Shown: one piece after another, positions 1 to 11,329 of the stretch
Layout of the letters: each line of letters begins with the position of its first letter
Position numbering within the stretch: position 1 is the first letter of the stretch
NCBI GenBank assembly: GCA_036785375.1
Contig: JAWMAR010001700.1
Location: 62,001 to 126,000, forward strand
Direction: 5' to 3'
Source of the DNA: Leucoraja ocellata
Taxonomy: Eukaryota
Length of the DNA: 64,000 bases
The notes under the pieces: generated by a model
Database searches by the model: none
Told to the model about the DNA's origin: nothing
What the model saw: only the letters and a program-made list of their open reading frames with translations
Program-made: the position numbers and the translations under genes

Positions 1-615
1 TTCCAGACCTCCCGTGGCCCCTCAGGCCCCGTCTACGCCTCGCATGCCACGCACCCTCCCCTCACAACTGTCCGCCCGTTCCCCTGCCTCGCCTGCCAAA
101 CCTCCCGCCCGTTCCCCAGCATCGCCCGCAAAACCTCCATCCCCTGCCAAACCTGTTTCTCCACCCGCAGCCCCGCATTCTCCTCCGCCCGCCTCTCCTG
201 CCCATCCCCCGGCTGCCGTCCCTTCTGTTCCCGACGATGAGGAGGAAGGCGGTTTACGCACCCGCTCTGGCAGGCTGGTCAGGCCGCCTGTCCGCTACGG
301 GGAATTCGCATAGTGTTGTACTGTTGCCGGTGCGGTTGGTGTTCGTAGCGTATGAGCCGTGGTCACTCTGTATAGCACCTGCCATGCTTTTGTTTCCCAG
401 AGGAAGGATGTAGATCAGTGCATGTTCCTTTAACCATAGTGACCTCCCGTATTACTAACCACTCCCCATTGTCTCCAGTATAATTGTAGTGTCCCCACCT
501 CTAGCTCGCTCTCTAGCTCCAGTGATGACCACGGACAGCTACAGCATAGTGATAACTGTTACCCAATAAATAGTTATAGTAAAAGACTTGTGTGTGTGCA
601 GTAAGTCCTTTTACA
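1..615 (+). mobile_element. 3' end of an LTR retrotransposon (Gypsy-like): integrase tail, PPT, 3' LTR 409..615
   Basis: Pro-rich ORF ending TRSGRLVRPPVRY, polypurine tract agaggaagga, LTR TGTA...TACA with AATAAA. Absent from the homologous site near 45595. Confidence 0.8.
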
Positions 616-1240
616 GTAACTAATCTCCAAACAATTCCCAAACCCAACCCTTGTTTTTCTTCCTCCCTAATCACAACCTCTATCACAATCCGCACATCCT
701 CTGTCCTTATCACTCACCTTTTCTTATTTTTAAATATTTCAATAGTGAAACCATCTGCCCACAAACCATCCCCACCTGTATCTGCCTATCACTCAACGGG
801 CCATGCCCTGTTCCAGTTTTCTCCCCTCCCAACTCTAATCAGTCCAAATGCTGGTAGACCCTGTTCTCAAAATCCCCTGCAGCAACTTCCCCAATAGATG
901 ACCTGTGCCTAACAATGATGCAAGTATATCTCCCAGATGCACTGCAATTTTACCCTGGCTTCCCACAATGTCCTGGGATACACCTGGTCAGGCCTCAGGG
1001 ATTTAGCCACCTTAGAAAGACATAGAAAACATTAAAAATTGGTGCAGGAGTAGGCCATTTGGCCCTTCAACCCAGCATCACCATCCAATATGATCATGGC
1101 TGATAATCTAAAATCAGTACCCCATTCCGGCTTTTTTCCCCATATCCTTTGATTTATTTAGCATTAAGACCGAAATGTAACTCTCTCTTGGAAACATATA
1201 GTGAATTGGCCTCCACTGGCAGAGAATTGCACAGATTCAG

Positions 1241-1365
1241 GCTGGTGGGAAGAGTGACCATGGCTCAGGGCGGGGTGCTGCCGCCCAAGATGACCAGCGC
1301 GAACAGTAAGAGCAAGTAACTTGGCGAAATATTAATTTAATGACCAAAAGGCTTTTTAAGAGACA
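1241..1365 (+). pseudogene. Histone H2A 3' remnant with degraded stem-loop
   Basis: GRVTMAQGGVLP-PKMTSANSKSK* matches H2A [23 protein letters not shown] with NIQAVLL deleted. It is followed by aaaggctttttaagagacacc. Confidence 0.85.
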
Positions 1366-1434
1366 CCTTCAGTGCCCGGAAGAGCTGAGTAACGGCGTGA
1401 GTGGGATATTTCCGTTAATGCGGCATGCGTTAAT

Positions 1435-2575
1435 TTGGTTAAGAAGGTTCAATGGTTGGTTATTAATGGTGGAGTAGCAAGATGGATTCAACAGTGGCTG
1501 AATGGGAGATGCCAGAGAGTAATGGTGTATGGTTGTTTGTCAGGTTGGAGGCTAGTGGGGTGCCACAGGGATCTGTGTTGGGTCCACTGTTGTTTGTCAT
1601 GTACATCAATGATCTGGATGATGGTGTGGTAAATTGGATTAGTAAGTATGCAGATGATACTAAGATAGGAGGGGTTGTGGATAATGAAGTAGATTTTCAA
1701 AGTCTACAGAGAGATTTATGCCAGTTGGAAGAGTGGACTGAATGGCAGTCGATGGCAGATGGAGTTTAATACTGATAAGTGTGAGGTGCTACATCTTGGC
1801 AGGACAAATCAAAATAGGACGTACATGGTAAATGGTAGGGAATTGAAGAATGCAGGTGAGCAGAGGGATCTGCGAATAACTGTGCACAGTTCCCTGAAAG
1901 TGGAATCTCATGTAGATAGGGTGGTAAAGAAAGCTTTTGGTGTGCTGGCCTTTATAAATCAGAGCATTGAGTACAGAAGTTGGGATGTAATGTTAAAATT
2001 GTACAAGGCATTGGTGAGGCCAATTCTGGAGAATGGGGTACAATTTTGGTCGCCTAATTATAGGAAGGATGTCAACAAAATAGAGAGAGTACAGAGGAGG
2101 TTTACTAGAATGTTGCCTGGGTTTCAGCAACCAAGTTACAGAGAAAGGTTGAACAAGTTAGGGCTTTATTCTTTGGAGCGCAGAAGGTTAAGGGGGGGAC
2201 TTGATAGAGGTCTTTAAAATGATGAGAGGGGTAGACAGAGTTGACGTGGATAAGCTTTTCCCACTGAGAGGAGGGAAGATGAAAACAAGGGGACATGACT
2301 TGAGAATTAAGGGACAGAAGTTTAGGGGTAACATGAGGGGGAACTTCTTTACTCAGAGAGTGGTGGCTGTGTGGAATGAGCTTCCAGTGAAGGTGGTGGA
2401 GGCAGGTTCGTTTTTATCATTTAAAAATAAATTGGATAGTTATATGGACGAGAAAGGAATGGAGGGTTATGGTCTGAGCGCAGGTATATGGGACTAGGGG
2501 AGAATACGTGTTCGGCACGGACTAGAAGGGTCGAGATGGCCTGTTTCCGTGCTGTAAATTGTTATATGGTTATAA
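1435..2575 (+). mobile_element. CR1 LINE, 5'-truncated, young
   Basis: [15 protein letters not shown] and LVRP motifs. Near-identical to 17952-19088. Absent from the inverted copy. Confidence 0.92.
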
Positions 2576-3331
2576 TGCCAACCGTTCTATGTATCTAGCA
2601 CAGTCGAGTCTCTGTATGTCCGTTTTAGTCTAAATCCCGCAGAGGGACTACTATTTATCTGCGCACGAAGAGCTCCGTCTAAACAGGACCCCTTGCCATT
2701 TTGCTCTGTCTTTTCTCACCAGTTATTTCACCAGAAATAGAGAAATCACCACCCCTCCTCCTTGTACTTCCCGGATGAATGTCTGGTGAGAGGAACAGCC
2801 CAATCAGAGTGTAGGCGTACACCAGTGAACAGGCGGCAACAAGAGAAGCGCGGAAACCAACCGTCGGACCCCAAGAGTTTGAGAAAGTCCGCCAAAAATG
2901 TTTTTCCCAATAATCTCCAAAAACAAATACATTTTAAACTCAGATCTTGCGTACCCCATTTCGCCAGTCACTTGTTCCCGATCCATTTACAATAGACAAG
3001 AGGGATTCTGGGAATTTAATCTTATATCTCGGGTTATCGAACGGAGCAAATGCGTCTCACCGATGGGTTTTTGTGTAAATAACACAGCGTTAAGTTATGG
3101 TCGAGTGAGTTCATAAAGTGCGGTCGGATGCGAGATTACGGCGTCAAGTGGTTCTGTGACTGAACCTGTTCTGATCTCAGTAAAGCGGTATTCAGGGAAC
3201 AATCCGGCCGCAATTTGATAAACATAAACACAATTTAACATATTGTACCTGTTTTTCCAAAAGTCCCCATATAATTCTGCAACAATTCGATGGTGAAATA
3301 AAGCTACAACTCTTTCAGTGAGATTGTGGGT

Positions 3332-3347
3332 GGCTCTTAAAAGAGCC
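3332..3347 (-). terminator. Histone 3' stem-loop (H2B) with downstream purine-rich element
   Basis: GGCTCTTTTAAGAGCC followed by ACCCA and GAAAGAG (U7-pairing HDE). Confidence 0.95.
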
Positions 3348-3380
3348 TTTGGGTTTTCGGTTCATCAGGATTGAGAATGT

Positions 3381-3764
3381 TTACTTCGAACTGGTATACT
3401 TGGTCACCGCCTTTGTCCCTTCCGACACGGCGTGCTTGGCCAGCTCCCCGGGCAGCAGCAGGCGCACGGCGGTCTGGATCTCCCGGGAGCTGATGGTCGA
3501 CCGCTTGTTGTAATGAGCCAAGCGGGAAGCCTCACCAGCGATGCGCTCGAAAATATCGTTGACGAACGAGTTCATGATGCTCATGGCCTTGGAGGAGATG
3601 CCGGTGTCGGGGTGAACCTGCTTCATCACTTTGTAGATGTAGATGCCGTAACTCTCCTTCCTCGACCTCCTGCGCTTCTTACCCGCCTTGCCTGCAGGTT
3701 TGGACACGGCTTTCTTGGCGCCCTTCTTGGCCACTGCTACTTTCACTTTCGGTGCGTCAGGCAT
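3381..3764 (-). CDS. H2B: Histone H2B (replication-dependent), 127 aa
   Basis: MPDAPK...[26 protein letters not shown]...AVTKYTSSK; intronless; 3' stem-loop present. Confidence 0.97.
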   Translation of the reverse strand: MPDAPKVKVAVAKKGAKKAVSKPAGKAGKKRRRSRKESYGIYIYKVMKQVHPDTGISSKAMSIMNSFVNDIFERIAGEASRLAHYNKRSTISSREIQTAVRLLLPGELAKHAVSEGTKAVTKYTSSK

Positions 3765-3814
3765 TTCGTCTGTCGGCTTTTGAAACACAAATGTAGAGAA
3801 CTCAACCCAAGCGC

Positions 3815-3950
3815 GGATTAAATAGGCTGCACCACCGCCCTATGCTAATGAGGGATTGGGGAAAGCGAACGTTGTCATTGGTTGGTGTCAATCAACACTT
3901 TGATTGGACCTTGAAGTAACCAATCACTGTGCTTCGCTTCCACCAATCAC
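3815..3950 (-). promoter_or_regulatory. H2B promoter: TATTTAA box, variant octamer ATTAGCAT, several CCAAT boxes
   Basis: Motifs read directly; homologous to 43470-43605. Confidence 0.8.
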
Positions 3951-4084
3951 AGAGCGCGCCCACTGCCCCATGTCCGGTAACACTTGACCGCACGGGGAGG
4001 CGGAGTTCGGCGGAGCCGCTGCTGTCAATCATTTTTTTTTAAATTTCAAATTAGACTTCATTCAGGTTACAGATATATAAGATA

Positions 4085-4570
4085 TTCTCTACTTTTGACT
4101 TAAAAAGTGTTTACTAACAAATTCCTTTGAAGGAATCAGAGAAGAAATACACTGCGTTTGAAGCAAATGAGAAATTATATCATTACTGCAGTTTCTTTTG
4201 GTGTAACTAATGGTGTGGTTGTTTTTCAGAGATGCACAAACTTGTTGAACAGGAAAACCTTAAAGATACTTTCCCTTATCTTGAGATTATAACTATTGCA
4301 GGAAAAGACCAAGCTGAACATGATGAAAAGGTACAACGGTTTTTAGATGTCGGACATTCTAAAAATCTAACATTATATCAAGGAGGACGACCAGTAACTT
4401 TCATGTCTCGTACTCTCCAAATTGCACTACCCACCCATCGAAAAGGAAGCTACAGCAATTATTGAAGCAGTGATGAAATGGAGTCATTTCCTTGCACGCC
4501 AGCACTTCACTTTGATAACAGATCAGCGTTCAGTAGCTTTAATGCTGGATAATTGGAAACAAACGAAGAT
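4085..4570 (+). mobile_element. Gypsy pol fragment (RT and RNase H)
   Basis: Homologous to 42850-43330; FPYLEIITIAG and GRPVTFMSRTL. Confidence 0.85.
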
Positions 4571-4931
4571 TCCTGTGAAGTAACCAATGACAGTGCTTCG
4601 CTTCCATCAATTGAGGCCCTTCCCCTGCGGAGTGTCCTATCCTGCCTTGCGAGTGAATTGTGACATCAGTCGGTATTTTTTCCTTCAAAATGAGAACTTG
4701 AAAAACTTGAAAATCTTTAATATTTCGAAACAGTTTTTAAAAGATTAGTAACTTGGGAAATATAGGTTGTAATGTGACGGGAAAAGATTTGTCGTATCCA
4801 TGGGAAAAATGCAAGTAGCATGTGTGAAACTGGGAAGGCTGTGGCCTAGTGTTTGGAAGAAGATAGGAATTAAGGAGATTGACAGAAAGCTGACACAACC
4901 CTGGGCCACACAGACACAAGGACAAAGACTT

Positions 4932-5282
4932 CAGGGCTGCCAACTCTCACGCTTTGAGCATGAGAATCACGCATTTGAATAAACTCTCACGCCCTCATGC
5001 TGATCAGAAATTTCTCATGCTCTGTGGTGAAAAATTCTGTGATCAATGAAAATTTCAAAACTCAGATAAGCTGCATGGATATTGGAGGGCCGGGGCTGAG
5101 GGACGAATGAAAGCAGCGAGCGGATACAGATGCTGGGAGTCGGAGCTGGTGAGTGTTTGCGGGGCTGACAAGTCGCTCGCTGCAGCTCTGGCCATGGAGC
5201 AGTGCATTCCCAGTCCGTCAGAGGCGTTGGAAGTGTTACGCCGCTGTTGCGAGAGTCTCTGTGCCGAAGGGACAGACTCTCA
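4932..5282 (+). mobile_element. Probable hAT-type DNA transposon left end
   Basis: Begins CAGGGCTGCCAACT, resembling hAT/Tip100 TIRs; no partner TIR seen. Confidence 0.4.
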
Positions 5283-6372
5283 AAGGGAGGTGGAGAGTGA
5301 GAGTGGGGGGAAGAGAGAATGGGAGAGAGAGGGGTTGTAAAAGAGTGAGGGGAAGAGGGAGAGAGGGGGAAAGAGAAACTGGGAAAGAGAGAGATGGGAG
5401 GCAAAGAGAAAGAGGAGATAGAGACAGAGGGCGAGGGGGAGAGGGCGCAGAGAGGGAGGTGCGGCAGCGTGGGATGGGGCAGAGAGGGAGGGGGCCCCAG
5501 AGAGAGGGGGCACAGAGAGGGAGGGGGGCAGAGAGGGATGGGGCGCAGAGAGGAAGGGGGGCAGAGAGGGAGGGGGCAGAGAGGGAGGGGGCAGAGAGGG
5601 AGGGGGGCAGAGAGGGAGGGGGGCAGAGAGGGATGGGGCACAGAGAGGGAGAGGACAGAGAGGGAGGGGGCTGAGCGGTAGGGGGCAGAGGGGGGGCAGA
5701 GAAGGGGGCAGGTCAGAGAGGGGGGCAGAGAGAGAGGGGGACAGTGAGAGAAAGGTGGGGCAGAGAGGAAGGGGCAGAGTGGGAGGAGGGGGGCAGAGAG
5801 GGAGGAGGGGGGGCAGAGAGGGAGGAGGGGGGGCAGAGAGGGAGGGGGGCAGGGATGATGGGGACGCAGAGAGGGAGGGGGCAGAGAGTGAGGGGGGCAG
5901 ATAAGGAGGGGGTAGGTCAGAGAGGGAGGGGCAGGGCAGAGAGGGAGGAAAGAGGGGATGGGGGGCAGAGAGTGGGGGGGGGGGCAGAAAGGGAGGGGCG
6001 CTGAAAGGTAAAGCGGGATTGGAGGGCAGAGATGTGTGGAGGGCAGAGAGGGAGCGAGGCAGAGAGGAAGGGGGTGTAAGCAGGAGGAAAAGGTGGAAGG
6101 GGAGGGAGATGGAATGCGAGGGGGAGGGGGTATAGCGAGAGGGGGTAGGGAGAGAGAGGGTAGAGAGGGAGTGTGATGGGGTAGAGATTGAGGGGTTGGG
6201 GAGCACACGGCATCACAGGGGAGTGTTGGTTCCCAAATGCAATACTGCACCACTCACCCATAGGTCCCAATACCCACCCAAGAGGGGGAGGGGGGAGATA
6301 CGGTGTGGGGGGGGGGGGGGGATACGGTGGGGGGGGGGGGAGGCAGAGAGGGAGGGGGGGCAGAGAGGGAGG
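5283..6372 (+). repeat. Purine-rich low-complexity minisatellite (ggggcagagagggag)n
   Basis: Directly visible; source of the spurious Pro/Leu and Gly/Arg ORFs. Confidence 0.9.
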
Positions 6373-7125
6373 GCGGTTACGGTCCCAGCCCGTCCCCACG
6401 TACCTCGGTGTGACGCTCGACAGAACGTTGTCATTCAAACAACACCTGGAAGGTGCCAAGGCAAAGACAAGCGCCCGTGCCGCACTGAAACGCCGCCTAG
6501 CCAACACCACATGGGGAGTCTAAATGAAGACACTGCACATGTCCACAGTGGCCCTGGTGTTGTCAGCCGCCGAGTATTGCACCCCTGTCTGGTGCTGTAG
6601 CCCTTAAGCCATGAAGCTGGATGCTGCCATCAACAGCGCCCTGCGGACTGTCTCCGGATGCCTGCGAGCCATCCCAGAAAACCAACAGACCGTCCTCGCT
6701 GGCATCGCCCCAGCCAACATCATACGAGAAGCAGCCATGCTGGCCCTCTCTCGAAATGCACAGACCAGTGAATTCCACCTCCTCCATCAGATCATCACAG
6801 GGACACCATGACGAGTGCGCCTCAAGTCAAGGCAACCCTTTGCCACGCAAGACCAAGAGCTGCTCTGCACAACACCGGCTGACACTTCTAAGGCTGCCTG
6901 GGCCAAGATGAGATGGAGAGACCAGTGGAAGTCAGCGGAACCATCTAGGCTACACCAGTACATCAATGTCCCCAAGGACGTCCCTGGCCAGGACCTGCCC
7001 CAAAAGCAATGGACAACCCTCAACCGCTTGAGGACAGGCATCGGACGCTATGGAGCAATGATGAAGAGGTGGGGCCTCGTGGACAGCGCCTCCTGCGAGT
7101 GTGGGGACCCAACACAGCCAGTGGA
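6373..7125 (+). mobile_element. Non-LTR retrotransposon 3' fragment, Ingi/Vingi-like
   Basis: YLGVTLDRTLSFKQH, TTWG, AEYCTPVW, LNRLRTG and CECG motifs; in-frame stops. Confidence 0.7.
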
Positions 7126-7129
7126 GATG

Positions 7130-9670
7130 CAGGTCGAAAAGACATACGATAGAAGAAGATGAGGGGAGTGGTGGAAGGTGTATATATGGATTTCAACGAG
7201 GCATTCGACAAGGTTCAGCATGGTAGGCTGCTCTGGATGGTTGGTGTGCATGGGATCCTCTTGAGAGATAGCTGAAGGTAAAGAAATTTGACTTCACGGG
7301 AGGAAGAACAGGGTGATGATGAAGGGATGCTTTCCGGACTGCACACCTGTGACTACTGGTGTGCCTCTGGTTCGGTGCCGGGCCCATTGCTGTTTGTCAT
7401 TTATATCAATGATTTGGATGAAAAGGTGTATGGCATGACTTGCAAGTTTACAATGACGCAAAAGTGGGTGGTATTGGAGGTAGTGAAGTTGGTTGTCAAA
7501 ATCTGCAACAGGATCTTGATTAGTTGAGTAGGTGGGCTGAGGAATGTTTGATGGAATTTAATACAGCGAAATGCAAGGTGTTTGGGAAGTCTAACATGGG
7601 CAGGATCTACACAATGAATGGGAAGACTGTTGTAGAGCAATGGAATCTAGAAGTGCTGGTAAAATAATGCCTTGAATGTGGCATCACAGGTAGATAGGAT
7701 GGTCAAAAATACTTTTGGCATGTTGGTCTTCATCAGCCAGAGTATTGAGTTTTGAAGTTGGGAGGTCATGTTGCAGTTATACAAGATTTTGGCGAGGCAC
7801 ATTTAGAGTATTATGTTCATTTTTGGGTACCATGTTATAGGAAAGATGTCAAGCTGGAAAAGGTGGAGAGGAGATTTATGAGGATGTTACCAGGACGCGA
7901 GGGTCTGAGTTATAGGGAGATATATTAATGATTTGGACGAGGGAATTAAATGCAACATCTCCAAGTGTGCGGATGACACGAAGCTGGGCGGCAGGGTTAG
8001 CTGTGAGGAGGATGCTAGGAGGATGCGAGGAGGCTGCGATATTTAAGAGGGAGTGCTATATTTAAGAGGGAGTTATATGTGGCCCTTGTGGCTAAAGGCA
8101 TCAGGGGTATGGAGGGGGTATGGAGAGAATACAGGTACAGGATACTGAGTTGGATGATCAGCCATGATCATATTGAATGGCGGTGCAGGCTTGAAGGGCC
8201 GAATGGCCTACTGCACCTATTTTCTATGTTTCAAGGTGACGGATAGGTTGGGTGAGTGGGCAAATGCATGGCAGATGCAGTATAATGTAGATAAATGTGA
8301 GGTTATCGACTTTGGTGGCAAGAACAGGAATGTAGACTATTATCTGTATGAAGGCCGATTAGGAAATGGGGAGATGCTACGAGAGCTGGGGGTCATGGCA
8401 CACCGGTCATTGAAAGTAGGCATGCAGGTGCAGCAGGCAGTGAAGAAAGCGAATGGTATATTAGCATTCATAGCAAAAGCATTTGAGTATAGGAGCAGGG
8501 AGGTTCGACTGCAGTTGTACAAGGCCTTGGTAAGGCCACACCTGGAGTATTGTGTACAGTTTTAGTCTCCTAATCTGAGGAAAGACATTCTTGCCATAGA
8601 GGGAGTACAGAGAAGGTTCAGCTGACTGATTCCTGGGATGGCAGGACTTTCATATGAAGAAAAACTGGATAGACTTGGCTTGTACTCGCTAGAATTTAGA
8701 AGATTGAGGGGGGATCTTATATAAACTTACAAAATTCTTAAGGAGTTGGACAGGCTAGATGCAGAAAGATTATTCACGATGTTGGGGAAGTCACAAGGGG
8801 TCACAGTTTAAGGATAAGGGGTAAGTCTTTTAGGACCAAGATGAGGAAAACATTTTTTACACAGAGAGTGGTGAATCTGTGGAATTCTCTGCCACAGAAT
8901 AATAATAATAATAATAATTGTATTTATAGAGCACTTTAAAAACAAACATAGCTGCAACAAAGTGCTGTACATCACTAATCATTGACAAAAAAGTTAACAC
9001 ACACCAAAAATAACAATCAAAAGAAATAATAGGAAAAGACAAGTAAATTAAAGAAACATCAAAAACACCACAAACAGAAGCAAAGCCTCAGGCATGGTCA
9101 AAAGCCAGGGAGTACAAATGCGTTTTAACACTGGATTTGAAGATGGACAGTGAGGGGGCCTGTCTGATGTGCAACGGCAGGGTGTTCCAGAGTGCCGGAG
9201 CAGCAACAGAGAAGGCTCTATCCCCTCTGAGCCTCCGACTAGACCTCGGTACCTCCAGGAGCAGCTGACCTGAGGGACCGGGCAGGAGCGTATGGGTGGA
9301 GCAGCTCAGAGAGGTAAGGCGGGGCGAGCCCATTCAGAGATTTAAAAACAAATAACAGTATCTTAAAATGAACCCGAAAGTGCACCGGGAGCCAGTGTAG
9401 GGAGGCCAGAATTGGCGATATGTGCTCCCTCTTTCGAGTCCCTGTTAAAAGGATAAGGGGGAAATTCTTTATTAGAAGGTAGTTGAGGCCAGTTCATTGG
9501 CTATATTTAAGGTGGTTAGATGTGGCCCTTGTGGCTAAAGGGATCAGGGGGGTATGGAGAGAAGGCAGGCACAGGATACTGAGTTGGATGATCAGCCATG
9601 ATTATATTAAATGGCGGTGCAGGCTCGAAGGGCCGAATGGCCTACTCCTGTTACTATTTTCTATGTTTCT
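7130..9670 (+). mobile_element. Nested CR1 fragments
   Basis: RT C-terminal motifs (LVRPHLEYCVQF) and (tttctatg)n 3' tails. Confidence 0.85.
8898..9450 (-). mobile_element. L2 LINE 3' end inserted in CR1
   Basis: GDRAFSVAAPALWNTLP...KTHLY and a (TTA)n tail. Confidence 0.85.
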
Positions 9671-9982
9671 ATTAATGGGAAGGAGACGAAGTAACGTCAC
9701 TGTATTTAGGCAGTAATGTTACTGATTGACCTTTAATGTGGAATCCGTGCCTGTGAAAGTTTGCTGAGTCTCGGGTGTATTGTCAGCAAACCGTTGGAAA
9801 TTGGCGGTTGCAGAAAACCGGGGGAGGAGCTGGGGATGAGAGGCCGCTCTCTGCTCTGTCTGTCACTCTGACTCTGTCTCCTCCCCTTCTCGCCTGTCTC
9901 TGCGATTCTCGACCAGGTCGGGGCGCTGTGTATAAAAGGAGACAGTAGCATTCGACCTTTTATTGTGCGGCGACTTGAGTGA

Positions 9983-10303
<321 letters not shown>

Positions 10304-10337
10304 AGAATTCTTCCCTTTATCCAATCGACAAAACAAA

Positions 10338-10353
10338 GGCTCTTTTAAGAGCC
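10338..10353 (+). terminator. Histone 3' stem-loop (H4)
   Basis: GGCTCTTTTAAGAGCC followed by ACCCA. Confidence 0.95.
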
Positions 10354-10974
10354 ACCCACCATTTCACAGAGGGAGCATTGACCGCGAGCATGAACATATG
10401 TAATGAATGAATTTTTAGTTATTGCCCGACCGCTGCATGTATTTGTTTGATTCTTGTTTTCAGCGGTTGTGATGAAAAGTGAAGTTAGGCTGATATTCTG
10501 AAGGTTTAAACTGAGGGGGGCATATAGTAGACTATTCTTCAGGCCAAAGATTATAGAGGCTATCCCCGTTCTCTCCTTTACCACTTAACGCTTTGTAAAT
10601 CCAGCAAGACAAAGGTCGACTCGAAACTTTCCCGGGAAGCAGTGGTTTATCTCCAGTCTCAGGTAGAACTGAATAACGTCAGTTTCCACATCGGGTCTGT
10701 AAATTCGCACCGCCTATTCAGATTTAGTGGTTTACGGATGTGATTTAAATTAATTCGAAATAAAGTTGGTGGGTACAAAATAGTGCTGCATTCACAATTA
10801 CAAGCGAGTATTTACCTCGGTTCCCGCTTGCTGTTAAATTGGCGGGCAATTTGAAATTGAACCACACTATAGTGTGCCTGCGCTCACTGGGTGTCTGAGC
10901 TCCGCCCGCCGCTCACAAATCTCTGTATTTGGTCACAAATAATATTTTCCCCGCCGGCCTCAGACTGGAAACTG

Positions 10975-11233
10975 GCGGCCAGTTGCTGACTGAGCTGCTG
11001 CCAATCGCAGCGCGGGAACGACATGTTTGCATCTGTACTACAGCCAATCTCACGCTGTGGGCCGGCCCTACATCAAGGCTTTAAAAGTCGGCTCCAGAGC
11101 CGGCTCCGTCATTCCAGTGCCTCTATTTCAGGCTGTAATACAAGTGTTGAAGCACGGGAACGACATGTTTGCATTTGTACTACAGCCAATCTCACGCTGT
11201 ATGCCGGCCCTTCACCAAGGCTTTAAAAGTCGG
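10975..11233 (+). promoter_or_regulatory. Orphan H3 promoter and 5'UTR, coding sequence missing, core promoter duplicated
   Basis: Reverse complement of 52435-52620 (two CCAAT boxes, TTTAAAA, 5'UTR) up to gttgaagcac, with no H3 ATG following. Confidence 0.88.
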
Positions 11234-11329
11234 GAACATGTTTCCTGCCTCTAGCGTGTCCAAACCCTTAATAATCTTATATGTCCAATAAGATACCCTC
11301 TCATCCTTCTAAACTCCAGAGCCCGTTTT

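Larger units (their letters stand above)
616..4570. repeat. Segmental copy, inverted relative to about 42850..45595 (H2A remnant, H2B, Gypsy fragment)
   Basis: Continuous reverse-complement similarity, including intergenic DNA. Confidence 0.92.

Noticed and set aside
3432-3821. Antisense and alternate-frame ORFs over histone genes (also near 9863, 43600, 52002, 53333, 54199) and N-terminal extensions of H2B and H1
   Set aside because: These are shadow ORFs from codon bias. The extensions begin at non-ATG codons upstream of the canonical starts.
5015-6510. Long Pro/Leu/Ser- and Gly/Arg-rich ORFs (also 22704-23682 and 27611-28571)
   Set aside because: Low-complexity tracts lack stop codons by composition.
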